A stretch of 64,000 nucleotides of DNA from a virus (Duplodnaviria; Caudoviricetes): IMG/VR virus record IMGVR_UViG_2974727265_000001, positions 35,495-99,494 of that record; one strand, 5' to 3'. The position numbers were made by a program, and so were the translations under genes. Numbering within the stretch: position 1 is the stretch's first letter; every line of letters begins with the position of its first letter. Below, in pieces: positions 49,872-59,097 of the stretch. The notes under the pieces are model-generated. The model worked only from the letters and a program-made list of their open reading frames with translations. It was not told the DNA's origin and did not search any database.

Positions 49872-51049
49872 ATTACTATCTGATTTAAGTTATCTACCTC
49901 AGTTATCAATTCAGGATTATAGTCTTCAAGCATCTTGCCAACTATCTCTTCTTCTCTTGTTCCTTTGTAATAAGGTATAATGAGAACAGGATTAGGGTGT
50001 CTTAGTATTCTTCCCAGCTTCTGTTTAATCAATATATCACTACTGTTCACACTAGCATAGATGCCAACTTGACAGTCCACCAAGTTTACACCCTCATTGA
50101 GCATGTTACATGATGTTATATGATTAATCTTCTTCTGGTTGAAATCACTAAGTACTATACCAGAGTCCTTGTTTTCAGTGTTGATATAGTTATCCCCTAA
50201 TACCATAGTCTGCTCTATGGAATTACAGAAGGTCAGTACCCTGTTCTTATTCAACTTCACCAGAAGTTGTTTAACAATAGGGTTCTTAAATGTACTCAGA
50301 ACTTTAAGTCTTACTCCAGCAAGCTGTAGCCATTTGTTCTTGAAGGATTCATTCTTCTTTCTAAAGTACATATTCTTCCAGTACTCTATCTTAGAGTTAA
50401 GTTCTATGATATACTGCTGTTGAGTTACTCTCAATATAACTGTACCATAGGACTTGTCTTTAAGATATTTCCACTTATCTTCTACATTACAGATTATTCT
50501 CTTGCCCTTCTTACTTGACTTTATTTCAAACAATTCAGACCTGACTGTATTATCAAGCTTATAGCCTATCAAGTACACTTTGGGGTCAGGAAGAATACTA
50601 TTATCAATAGCCTCCTTTGCTGTTACCCTATAACAATATAAGTTGTCAAAGTATATCTTAAGATAGTCTCTAAGCTTGGCAACAGTAGCTGAGAGAAGTG
50701 TGGAATACTTGATAGTCATGCTATCCACATAACCTAATGCTCTGTCAGTGAGATGGTGACATTCATCAAAGATAGCCATATCAAACTTTGCATTCTCAAA
50801 CTTCCTCAGTCCTACATATGTGCTGAATGTTACCTTATTAAGCCAATTACTGAGACCCCATTTAGTGAACTCATCCTTCCAGCTCTTGATAAGAACTAGT
50901 CTGGGTACTACTATTAATAAGGTATCAGGGTTCCTCTTAATCATAATGTCAAGAGCTTGTTTGCTCTTTCCAAAACTTGTTGGTAACTCCAATAATACAT
51001 TGTCATTCTTTATTGCTTGAATCTCTTTAGTTACTTCTTCTTTAGTCAT
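49868..51049 (-). CDS. superfamily 2 helicase
   Basis: LPTSFGKS, DECHH, LSAT, MLNEGVN, QKLGRILR. Confidence 0.88.
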   Translation of the reverse strand: MTKEEVTKEIQAIKNDNVLLELPTSFGKSKQALDIMIKRNPDTLLIVVPRLVLIKSWKDEFTKWGLSNWLNKVTFSTYVGLRKFENAKFDMAIFDECHHLTDRALGYVDSMTIKYSTLLSATVAKLRDYLKIYFDNLYCYRVTAKEAIDNSILPDPKVYLIGYKLDNTVRSELFEIKSSKKGKRIICNVEDKWKYLKDKSYGTVILRVTQQQYIIELNSKIEYWKNMYFRKKNESFKNKWLQLAGVRLKVLSTFKNPIVKQLLVKLNKNRVLTFCNSIEQTMVLGDNYINTENKDSGIVLSDFNQKKINHITSCNMLNEGVNLVDCQVGIYASVNSSDILIKQKLGRILRHPNPVLIIPYYKGTREEEIVGKMLEDYNPELITEVDNLNQIVI

Positions 51050-51050
51050 C

Positions 51051-51524
51051 CTACGGAGGTAATTTACTTATAATTGATTTAACCTTATTGATATACATGC
51101 TATCCTCTGCATACTGTATTCTAAGCAAGAAGTGATAATAGTACTCTCCATCTTTATGCCTGTATTCAATCATATTCTTATATGCTAATATACAGTTAGT
51201 CCAATGGTCAAAGTTATAATACTGTTTAGCTTTACTGTTATATAATCCAAAGATGTTATTCTTCTCCTTACATAACCTTGATTTATAATTAGCACTCTCC
51301 AACTTAGCTTGTGCCAATACTATAAGAGGCTCTTTGATCTCATAATAAACCAATGCTTTCAGTAATGTACTATCACTCAGTTCCATATTAAGGAACTCTG
51401 GTTGTTCCAACTTAGTATATGCTGGAGGTTTGCATTGCTCTATAGCTTCATGGTTTAGGAATACAAGTACTCCTAAAGCCACAATAGCTATAACCAATAA
51501 GATGTTTATGAATCTCTGTTTCAT
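51051..51524 (-). CDS. GH73 glucosaminidase (FlgJ-like) with N-terminal TM/signal
   Basis: LAQAKLES...NNIFGL...YAEDSMY. Confidence 0.8.
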   Translation of the reverse strand: MKQRFINILLVIAIVALGVLVFLNHEAIEQCKPPAYTKLEQPEFLNMELSDSTLLKALVYYEIKEPLIVLAQAKLESANYKSRLCKEKNNIFGLYNSKAKQYYNFDHWTNCILAYKNMIEYRHKDGEYYYHFLLRIQYAEDSMYINKVKSIISKLPP

Positions 51525-51526
51525 AA

Positions 51527-52348
51527 TTATACAACTTTGATTACTCTGATTTGATCTTGCTTGATATAGTCAGGAATCTCTTCATCCCAATCCTTATAAG
51601 AGTTAGTGAAGTAGATTTCATCATACCATTCTTTCAGTCTCTTAATGCCAAGTTCATTGACCATATGAGTTACCCAGATTGTCAGTTTCCTGTTAGGGTC
51701 AATAGCCTTGACAGTCTTAGCCAGTTCAACAAATGTACTGCCTCCATCACATAGGTCATCAAGTACTATGATAGGTCTATCCTTGTATTTCTCATCAGCA
51801 AGGAGCTCCTCATTCACAATACTATACTCTGTGATTCCACCTTCTGGGTCCCTTGTCTTATTACCACTAAGAACAGGAGTACCATACATAAACTCATATC
51901 TTGCTGCTGCACCTGTATCAGGCAACATAGGCAGAGACTGACTGAAATTAGGCATGGGGTGAGACAAGTTAGCATACCAGTTCTTGATTAGCTTTGTTGT
52001 TACATCTGAATGAGGTTCAAATGTATGCACCTCAGTAGGATTGAGACTGTTAATCATGTTGGTAACTACTTTCAGGTTGAAAGGCATATTGAAGTCCATG
52101 ACTCTATCCATTCTCATACCCATGAGATAGTAGATTCTCAGTGAGAACTCCACTTCATGCCTGTTGAGGATGTCACCTGCTTGCATCAGTATGTAGAGTT
52201 CCTCTGCATTTCTGATTCTACAGACAATTGTAGTATTATCCTTCCTGTTTATACCTTCTAACTCCAACCTCACATCCCCATCAGGGAATCTACTGATGTG
52301 ATACTTGATATCACTCTTGTCTGGTCTAACTAAATTTAAGATTTGCAT
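51527..52348 (-). CDS. prs: PRPP-synthetase-like protein (likely NARP1 ADPR-PP synthetase, Adps)
   Basis: FPDGD, YLMGMRMDR, EPHS, LPDTGAAARY, KTRD, VLDDLCDGGSTF, VTH; next to a NAMPT homolog. Confidence 0.85.
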   Translation of the reverse strand: MQILNLVRPDKSDIKYHISRFPDGDVRLELEGINRKDNTTIVCRIRNAEELYILMQAGDILNRHEVEFSLRIYYLMGMRMDRVMDFNMPFNLKVVTNMINSLNPTEVHTFEPHSDVTTKLIKNWYANLSHPMPNFSQSLPMLPDTGAAARYEFMYGTPVLSGNKTRDPEGGITEYSIVNEELLADEKYKDRPIIVLDDLCDGGSTFVELAKTVKAIDPNRKLTIWVTHMVNELGIKRLKEWYDEIYFTNSYKDWDEEIPDYIKQDQIRVIKVV

Positions 52349-52764
52349 TTGTTCATCATTAAGATTTCAATTCTGCCTACTGCATCTTCAAGTATAGTGT
52401 ATGCACTACCCAAGCCTGCTCTATCATCCAACAGGATGTTATAGTAAGGCTTCTTAGTCTGCATCACTGGACTCTCATTAATATAGTCAACTCTGATTCC
52501 ATAATGCTCACAATACTCCTTCATCCATGCTAACTTCTTAGCATCATCATTAGCTGTGAATAGTACCATTATGAAACCTAAGTCAGAGCACTTGCCTAGT
52601 AGTCCAATGACCTGATGGCAATCCAAACCAGCATTGTGGTAATCAAAGATTGTATTATCAAAGTCAAAAGCAACTACCAGTTTACCCTCATATTTGTTCC
52701 ACTCTCTAACTAATCTGTTACTACAGATTGTTGCAGAGGCATAATCATGGCTGGATAGTGGCAT
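52336..52764 (-). CDS. HAD-superfamily hydrolase (capless type)
   Basis: VAFDFDNTI motif I, LFTAN motif II, KPYYNILLDDRAG motifs III/IV. Confidence 0.8.
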   Translation of the reverse strand: MPLSSHDYASATICSNRLVREWNKYEGKLVVAFDFDNTIFDYHNAGLDCHQVIGLLGKCSDLGFIMVLFTANDDAKKLAWMKEYCEHYGIRVDYINESPVMQTKKPYYNILLDDRAGLGSAYTILEDAVGRIEILMMNKCKS

Positions 52765-54268
52765 TCAAATTCCTCCTTACTTCTTCAAGTGAGAACTCTC
52801 TGATTAACTTACCATCTTCAAAGACAGTCTCAAGACAACCAATAGCCTCTTGTTCTTTACTTGCTTGGTCAACTGCTTTATATTCAGCACCTTTCAGACC
52901 ACCAGTAACACAGATAAGACCTTTGAGAGATTTCTTCACACCATCATCAGTCTTTGGGTCCTTGAAGATTTCTCTCCCCTCACCATTAACCTGACACCAT
53001 GTAGCTTTCATAGCAAATCCAAGACTGTCTCTACTCTTATACTGATAGGTATATGAACCTACACCAAGTACAAGGTTAGTAGCAGCAAATCCTTTCTGCT
53101 CCAGCCTCTTATAGATTTCCTTCTGTCTTTCAAGAGTAATGGAATCACCATAGATGATGCCTACTTTAGGATTAAGTACTTTGTAGCCCTTCTCATTGAT
53201 AGTACCACCAAAGATATCCCAAAGCATCTCATAGGTTCCAGTATATACAGCTATACCTTCATTATTGATGAACCTAAATTTCTCTGATTGGTTATTAAAG
53301 TCATCAGGATTGTATCCAGCAATGATGTGAACAGGGTTTCCACTGTCAGGTCTGATAACCACTCTACCATCTCTGGCTAAGATTTCATCCTTTAGTCTAG
53401 GAAGGTAATCAACAATCACTTTCCAGTAGTCCCATGTATCAGATACAATAGACACAAAGCCTTGAGGATATACCTCTGTAATGAGTCTCTTGAATGTCTC
53501 AAACTCATCTACCTTGCCTCCAGCACACATCACTGAATGCTCAGTTGCAGGGATAGTAGCTGCAATTAACTCCTTCTCTGCATCTGCATTGTAGTACTCT
53601 TCCAGTGCTTCAATGGCAGGAATGGTTTCTGAGCCACAAAATGCAGTCATATGAGCCATGCCTGACATAATAGCAGCTTCAACACCAGCCATTCCTCTCA
53701 TAGAGAAGTCATGAATAAGGAACTCCAGATTAACATCAGGACTAAAGCCAGTCTTATCTGCATGTCTTACCAGCTCCTTCTTATACAGTCTTGCACTTGT
53801 TGCACTTGTCATAGGCAGCCACAATGTAGTTGATATGAGAGTCTCAAAGTAGTTAGTCAGCCAGAAGAAATCAGGATGAGTGTTAATGAAGGTCAATGCA
53901 GGCACTCTGATAGGACACAGACTGCCCTCAGGCAGTGCTTTGATTCTGATAGGCAGATAACCTAAATCCCATAGTTCCTCAATATGCTTAGTGCCTACTT
54001 CATTAGGTCCTAAAAATGAGTTTACTCTTCTTGCAAATCCTGCAACAGCCATCTCTTTAGGCATATCAAAGAAATCCTCTTTGAATCTCTTCATCAGATA
54101 CTCCTTAATGAAGTACTGAATCCCAAATACAACAGCTCCTTCCTCTGCTTCAGGGAAATAATGACAGCTTCTTGGTGTCCAGTTTGAATACACATACTCA
54201 GTACCTTGTGGATACTGTCTTCTGTGGTCCAACTTATAACCATCTGTCAGTAAAATTGCTTCTTTCAT
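52745..54268 (-). CDS. nadV: nicotinamide phosphoribosyltransferase-family protein (likely NARP1 Namat)
   Basis: LLTDGYKLDH, HDFSMRG, PATEHSVM, SIVSDTWD, VIRPDSG, IYGDSIT, GVGSYTY, SRD..GFAMKAT, KDPKTDDG.KKSLKG. Confidence 0.92.
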   Translation of the reverse strand: MKEAILLTDGYKLDHRRQYPQGTEYVYSNWTPRSCHYFPEAEEGAVVFGIQYFIKEYLMKRFKEDFFDMPKEMAVAGFARRVNSFLGPNEVGTKHIEELWDLGYLPIRIKALPEGSLCPIRVPALTFINTHPDFFWLTNYFETLISTTLWLPMTSATSARLYKKELVRHADKTGFSPDVNLEFLIHDFSMRGMAGVEAAIMSGMAHMTAFCGSETIPAIEALEEYYNADAEKELIAATIPATEHSVMCAGGKVDEFETFKRLITEVYPQGFVSIVSDTWDYWKVIVDYLPRLKDEILARDGRVVIRPDSGNPVHIIAGYNPDDFNNQSEKFRFINNEGIAVYTGTYEMLWDIFGGTINEKGYKVLNPKVGIIYGDSITLERQKEIYKRLEQKGFAATNLVLGVGSYTYQYKSRDSLGFAMKATWCQVNGEGREIFKDPKTDDGVKKSLKGLICVTGGLKGAEYKAVDQASKEQEAIGCLETVFEDGKLIREFSLEEVRRNLNATIQP

Positions 54269-54339
54269 CTTTTTTTTTTATGGTTTAAACTTCTCTTTCT
54301 TGTACTCTTCAATGTCCCTTATCTTTACAAAGTTAATAC

Positions 54340-54528
54340 TCATACTGTGAATAGTTTTGTGTAAACTCTCTCCCTATCTTCCCAATCATCATACTTGTAA
54401 TACCATAGAAGCAGTATGTACTTGTTGCCTGATTTAACTAGGTCAAATTGAGGCTTGTACCTTTTATACAAGCCTCTTATAAGAAGTGAGAATACTATTA
54501 TTAGAAATACTATACTATAAGTTACCAT
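54340..54528 (-). CDS. small membrane protein
   Basis: 62 aa with N-terminal TM helix. Confidence 0.55.
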   Translation of the reverse strand: MVTYSIVFLIIVFSLLIRGLYKRYKPQFDLVKSGNKYILLLWYYKYDDWEDRERVYTKLFTV

Positions 54529-55045
54529 CCTTTATGCTTGGTTTAATGTACTCATTACAGATAACAATATCAAACATGCCAATAATACCCTTAATAGTAG
54601 GTGTGTTGTAATAGTGCATATCTTCTCCTAGAGGTGTACTTACACATAGGGCATTAAGATGATATGGAGAACTCAGGCCATCCTGTATATCCTCAACAAT
54701 TCTCTTTATAGTATCACCACTAGAGATGAAGTCATCAAGAACTACAAGTATATCCTTTCCACTGTCATACCCTTCTATACCCTCCATGTTATATCCATGA
54801 GACTGACTCTTTCTTGATACTACAATATATACCTCTCTGTGTCTTCTCTTTAGAATATAACTGACTGCTCCTCCAAGTATACAGCCTGATGTGCCTCTTA
54901 CTACTATGTAAATAGCAGATTCAGGGGAAGGGAACTCCTTACATAACATATCTGCTACTCCTCCAATGTAGTCAGTACATCTACCAAAGTACCTACTTAC
55001 AGGATAATATGTATCACTATTCTCTTTAAGGTAAGCATATCTCAT
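54515..55045 (-). CDS. type I phosphoribosyltransferase-like protein
   Basis: VRGTSG and PRPP-binding loop LVVLDDFISSGDTI. Confidence 0.75.
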   Translation of the reverse strand: MRYAYLKENSDTYYPVSRYFGRCTDYIGGVADMLCKEFPSPESAIYIVVRGTSGCILGGAVSYILKRRHREVYIVVSRKSQSHGYNMEGIEGYDSGKDILVVLDDFISSGDTIKRIVEDIQDGLSSPYHLNALCVSTPLGEDMHYYNTPTIKGIIGMFDIVICNEYIKPSIKDGNL

Positions 55046-55051
55046 ATATCA

Positions 55052-55061
55052 CCCCCCCCCC
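55052..55061 (-). repeat. G10 homopolymer just upstream of the PRTase start codon
   Basis: C10 on plus strand at 55052-55061; the only long G/C run I saw in the window. Confidence 0.85.
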
Positions 55062-55066
55062 ATCAG

Positions 55067-55441
55067 TTAGTCTTCAAGAACTTGACAAGAGAGTACTTTA
55101 CCACCTAATTGCTGTGCAATTCTTTCTGTGTGGATAGCCAATCTCTCTTTAGTCTTGAGAGCATTCCAGTGTCTCTGCTTGAGGAAGAATGGACAACCTT
55201 CTGAACTAATCATATAGTTGTATGCCTCTTCACTCAAGTTGATTGTCTGAGTAGCTGGAATACTCTTTCTAGTTCTGATAACAATAACTTCTCTGTCTTT
55301 GTGGTCTGGACCTGACACCTCTATTGATGTCCTGTCATAACCACCTGCTGGACTTAATTTCTCAAGAGCATCAGCTGTCTCTTGGCTCACCATTGTTCTA
55401 CCTTGTAGAGCAACAGTGAGGCTTACTTTAACATCACTCAT
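55067..55441 (-). CDS. hypothetical protein
   Basis: 124 aa ORF. Confidence 0.65.
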   Translation of the reverse strand: MSDVKVSLTVALQGRTMVSQETADALEKLSPAGGYDRTSIEVSGPDHKDREVIVIRTRKSIPATQTINLSEEAYNYMISSEGCPFFLKQRHWNALKTKERLAIHTERIAQQLGGKVLSCQVLED

Positions 55442-55451
55442 TATTCAATTT

Positions 55452-55748
55452 TTAATTGTTTCCAGTAAAATGTGCAACCAACATAGCTGCCTTAGCCTCT
55501 AGGGGCATGAAGACAAAACCTACAGCCTCTTGAGCTTCCTTGGGAAGGATAGTGTACATCATACTGAGTACCTCAACTACCTCTTCATTAGTTCTGCCTT
55601 TAATCTTTTCAAGGATATCAGCCAAGAACTCTGGATTCTTAAGAGGGTCCTCACTCTCACCTGGCTTCCTAAGAGCTTCAACACCTTTATTGATTAACTC
55701 CTCATTCACTAACTGCATTGCCCATTCAGGCTTCTTTTGTTCTTTCAT
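55452..55748 (-). CDS. hypothetical protein
   Basis: 98 aa ORF preceded by an A-rich leader. Confidence 0.6.
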   Translation of the reverse strand: MKEQKKPEWAMQLVNEELINKGVEALRKPGESEDPLKNPEFLADILEKIKGRTNEEVVEVLSMMYTILPKEAQEAVGFVFMPLEAKAAMLVAHFTGNN

Positions 55749-55769
55749 GACTTTTTTTTTAGTTTACTA

Positions 55770-55892
55770 TTAGTCTAAATCAAAGTCAATGACCACTGGC
55801 TCTAATACTATAGGTTCAATGGTCAAATCCTCTTCTGTTATAATCACTTCTTCTGGTTCAATACCACAGCTCTGGGATGTATCCCTTTCCAT
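55770..55892 (-). CDS. very acidic mini-protein (40 aa, not in ORF track)
   Basis: MERDTSQSCGIEPEEVIITEEDLTIEPIVLEPVVIDFDLD*. Confidence 0.45.
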   Translation of the reverse strand: MERDTSQSCGIEPEEVIITEEDLTIEPIVLEPVVIDFDLD

Positions 55893-55907
55893 ATTCATAT
55901 GACATAG

Positions 55908-56057
55908 TTATAAATCTATTACATAATCAAATACACGTGTAGCTGGTAAGAATGGCTCCTTAGCACTCAAGAATAGCAGTACTATACCAAACACACCAGC
56001 TATGATAGCTAATATAAATGCAACTGTCAGTTGCAATCCCTTTAGTACATAAATCAT
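55908..56057 (-). CDS. small membrane protein (49 aa, not in ORF track)
   Basis: MIYVLKGLQLTVAFILAIIAGVFGIVLLFLSAKEPF...; ATGA overlap with upstream gene. Confidence 0.5.
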   Translation of the reverse strand: MIYVLKGLQLTVAFILAIIAGVFGIVLLFLSAKEPFLPATRVFDYVIDL

Positions 56058-56467
56058 AAGTTGTCTGGATGTTTATGTATAATCCACCTACAAGCACATA
56101 CTATTATCAGGTGTTGTACACCAGTAGAAAAGAGAGTACCTATTACTATAGTCTGCCAGTCTGGTAATACAGTCCAAGCAGATAGGTATATAGCAACAAG
56201 GAAGAATGTTATCCATGTAGTACTACAATAAATACAATAGCCTAGTGGATATGCAATGAATGCTAAGAACTTCTGCCATTTGGTTGGCTCCATACTAATG
56301 CACTCATTCTCATGCAAATCATCTTCAATTTCAGCCCAAGGCTTGAGTACCTTATAGTACCACCAATTGAATATCATGTTCTCAGGTTTGAGACAGTTTC
56401 TATAGAACAATCCCAACAGTCCCCCTACCACTCCTAATAGGAAGAACTCAATCAGTATATTTGCCAT
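56054..56467 (-). CDS. membrane protein with CxxC (DUF1360-like; start reassigned to MANILI)
   Basis: Three hydrophobic segments and YPLGYCIYCSTTW. Confidence 0.6.
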   Translation of the reverse strand: MANILIEFFLLGVVGGLLGLFYRNCLKPENMIFNWWYYKVLKPWAEIEDDLHENECISMEPTKWQKFLAFIAYPLGYCIYCSTTWITFFLVAIYLSAWTVLPDWQTIVIGTLFSTGVQHLIIVCACRWIIHKHPDNL

Positions 56468-56948
56468 AGTCATCTTCTTTGTTATAAACAAGGTTACAGA
56501 AATCAACTTTACTCAGGGGGATTATATGTTGCCAGTAAAATGATGTATCACCCTCTTCCATACTAGCTGAACAAGTCCCATCACCTCTATAGTATCTGAT
56601 ACTTCCATAGATAGGGCACATCTTACCACATGAGATAAACTCCTTTGAATCACTTACAAGGCATAAAGTACCTCTATGTAGGTCCTCTCTAAAGCCTTTC
56701 ACAAGTGACCAATCACGTATATCTCTGCTAGGGAATAACAGACATTCACTATCTTTATAGTCATAATACCTGCCATCATTCAAGAAGGCTCTAGTCGTGT
56801 TTCTATTAACAACTGATACTTCTATACCTACATTAGTATCCTTCCATGCATATGAAGAGTCTACTTTAACAAGTGTCACTTCACCAAACAGGGGACTATA
56901 TAATTTAGTCCCCTTTGGTGCATTCAATAATTTCTGTGCTACATTCAT
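56448..56948 (-). CDS. hypothetical protein, paralog of 56945..57436
   Basis: LLNAPKGTKLYSPLFGEV...SECLLFPSRDIRDWS. Confidence 0.7.
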   Translation of the reverse strand: MNVAQKLLNAPKGTKLYSPLFGEVTLVKVDSSYAWKDTNVGIEVSVVNRNTTRAFLNDGRYYDYKDSECLLFPSRDIRDWSLVKGFREDLHRGTLCLVSDSKEFISCGKMCPIYGSIRYYRGDGTCSASMEEGDTSFYWQHIIPLSKVDFCNLVYNKEDDYGKYTD

Positions 56949-57436
56949 ACTATAGTCCTTTCAAAGTTTGCTGCTAGATTAGTGAAATCAAACTTAGATA
57001 CTGGTACAACATATTTCCACCTACTACTGAATTGTGGGCTATCTACAGATGTAGAAGGAATCTTGTCAGAGGTAAGTTGACTATCAAATAATCTGCCATT
57101 TCTAGCATAATATCTAAGCATCCAACCATTAACATCATTACTGTTATTGACCATACATGGAGTGTCCATTGGTGTAATGTCAAATTTGCTCCAGTCTCTA
57201 TTTTCCTTACTAGGGAATAGGATGCATTCAGAATCAGGTTGACCCATATACAACTTACCATATCTAGTAAGTATCTCATCATTAGTACAATCCATCCTAT
57301 CAATTTTTACTTTGATAGGATAGTCCTTTCTACTTAGGTCTACATGTACCAATTTAACCTTCCCCAAGATAGTACAATACAATTCTGTACCTACAGGTGC
57401 ATCTTTTAGCTTTTCAACAATGTCTACTTCACACAT
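56945..57436 (-). CDS. hypothetical protein, paralog of 56448..56948
   Basis: LKDAPVGTELYCTILGKV...SECILFPSKENRDWS. Confidence 0.7.
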   Translation of the reverse strand: MCEVDIVEKLKDAPVGTELYCTILGKVKLVHVDLSRKDYPIKVKIDRMDCTNDEILTRYGKLYMGQPDSECILFPSKENRDWSKFDITPMDTPCMVNNSNDVNGWMLRYYARNGRLFDSQLTSDKIPSTSVDSPQFSSRWKYVVPVSKFDFTNLAANFERTIV

Positions 57437-57524
57437 TTTGCTATCATTTTAAGTTCATTACCACTGCAAGAAGCTACTAACATGAATAACTTCCCACCTT
57501 TACCTAGTCTCTTTAGTTTCATAT

Positions 57525-57689
57525 CTATTTGATTAATAGTTTATCAGTTTCAAGTAATGGAGTATATTCTATGTTCCTGAATAGGTAACCACATCTTACA
57601 CACCAGCACACTCCAAATCTATTCTGTCTAACCTTATGATGCCCAAAGGCACACAGTCTAAGCGCTCTTCTGTAGTCCTCCTTATTCAT
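57525..57689 (-). CDS. small Cys/His zinc-finger-like protein (54 aa, not in ORF track)
   Basis: MNKEDYRRALRLCAFGHHKVRQNRFGVCWCVRCGYLFRN... Confidence 0.5.
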   Translation of the reverse strand: MNKEDYRRALRLCAFGHHKVRQNRFGVCWCVRCGYLFRNIEYTPLLETDKLLIK

Positions 57690-57695
57690 TTCTTG

Positions 57696-58076
57696 TCATG
57701 CTAGCTTAGTATTAAATACATTCAAGAAGTCTTCAACAGTTCTCATAACCACATTACCTTCCTCATGGCCTATGCTGGAGTAGTAACTAACCATTCCAAT
57801 ATCTCTAAGTACTCTCTTAACAGTACCTGTAAACACTATTGTACCTCCTGGACTCCTATAAGCCCATACATCCCCCTCTTTAATGGGGAAGTCATCAACA
57901 ACAGTCTCAAGCTTTGCTTTAACTGCTTTATCTATGCTTTCATTACACTCATTCAGTTGAGTTCTGAGCCTGATAATCTCTATTCTGTACTTTAACATAT
58001 TGCGATAGTAGATATAGAAGACCACAACCATAAGGAGTGTAAGCATTACTGCAATTATTCCACTACTCTTCTCCAT
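57696..58076 (-). CDS. hypothetical membrane-anchored protein
   Basis: N-terminal TM helix, coiled coil, small beta domain. Confidence 0.6.
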   Translation of the reverse strand: MEKSSGIIAVMLTLLMVVVFYIYYRNMLKYRIEIIRLRTQLNECNESIDKAVKAKLETVVDDFPIKEGDVWAYRSPGGTIVFTGTVKRVLRDIGMVSYYSSIGHEEGNVVMRTVEDFLNVFNTKLA

Positions 58077-58362
58077 CCTGTTTCAATTTAAAATTAAACC
58101 TCTTTTCAAAGGCATCTACAGGTATATTCCATACATACCCAAAAGGTCTGCCTTCTGTAATGTATGTGAAATACACTCTACCTTTCTCACAATCTACCTG
58201 AAATACCATGACCTTCTTCATATGTTCATTATCACATACTTCTTCAGTCTTGATAGGGTTCTTCTGTTTCTTATACTCTCCTTTATAGGATATGAAATAT
58301 ACTGTCACTCCTATAATCAGTATTGCAATAAACAGCCCTAATAATGTTGTAAATAGTTCCAT
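58063..58362 (-). CDS. hypothetical membrane-anchored protein
   Basis: N-terminal TM helix, 99 aa. Confidence 0.6.
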   Translation of the reverse strand: MELFTTLLGLFIAILIIGVTVYFISYKGEYKKQKNPIKTEEVCDNEHMKKVMVFQVDCEKGRVYFTYITEGRPFGYVWNIPVDAFEKRFNFKLKQDGEE

Positions 58363-58363
58363 G

Positions 58364-58720
58364 TTATAAAAGTTTTAATGCCATATATAATCCATTCTCA
58401 AGTGCACTCTCATAACTTAGGTAGTACTTGGAATCCTTATAGTCTATGGTATTAGATGTAACTGAAAAACCCATTCCAGTATCATCTAATGTTACTAGTA
58501 CAATTACTCCCTTCTCATATCTTAACCACTTCTGTACTAATGATTGAGTGGGTGCTTCAATATAGTTTACATCCAAGCCATTAAGATAGAGAGCCCCATC
58601 ATCATTCTTATGTAACTGTTCAGGGGGAATGTCACTGTAATAGTGAGAACTACTATTACAGAAGTCGTGCTCTGCCAATAGCTTAGCTACTCTCAGAGAT
58701 ACTATCTGTTCTTCCATCAC
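58364..58720 (-). CDS. conserved Bacteroidetes-phage-type hypothetical protein
   Basis: EQIVSLRVAKLL...APTQSLVQKWLR...SYESALENGL pattern. Confidence 0.65.
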   Translation of the reverse strand: MMEEQIVSLRVAKLLAEHDFCNSSSHYYSDIPPEQLHKNDDGALYLNGLDVNYIEAPTQSLVQKWLRYEKGVIVLVTLDDTGMGFSVTSNTIDYKDSKYYLSYESALENGLYMALKLL

Positions 58721-59097
58721 TTCATTGAATATTCATTTACTTCTGCTGAGAAATCATCCAAATCAGCATCACTAATACCATGTAGTTCACAATATGTTCT
58801 TACTGCTAGTACTGTATTATTGTGCAGTTCAATATACTCCTCATCTGTTAATTCAGTAGAGGCAAGAGCTAGTTGACAGCCAATATCCATAGCTGTCTCA
58901 CTGTTAAATCCATGCTTGTTGATAAGTTCTAATGCATCCATATCTATTATTATTGGTTTCAAAGTTAAATACCAGCTACTAGATAACCTGTTATCTTCAG
59001 GAGTAGCTGGTATTGGCAGTAGTCTGCTAACCAACACAACACTTCTTATTGAATCTAAGAAAGTGACATTACTATGTAAGAGGTCACAATCCTTCAT
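58717..59097 (-). CDS. hypothetical protein (true start may be downstream)
   Basis: Acidic C-terminal half (MDALELINKHGF...) looks coding; N-terminal part uncertain. Confidence 0.45.
   Translation of the reverse strand: MKDCDLLHSNVTFLDSIRSVVLVSRLLPIPATPEDNRLSSSWYLTLKPIIIDMDALELINKHGFNSETAMDIGCQLALASTELTDEEYIELHNNTVLAVRTYCELHGISDADLDDFSAEVNEYSMK

Noticed and set aside
52745-54268. NARP2 / classical NadV salvage route
   Set aside because: No NMN adenylyltransferase in the window and the partner is Prs-like, which fits NARP1 better; the rest of the genome was not seen
35499-55760. Poly-A runs upstream of several minus-strand starts (about 35500, 54270, 55752) as phase-variation tracts
   Set aside because: A-rich leaders are the normal Bacteroidetes translation-initiation context and lie outside coding frames
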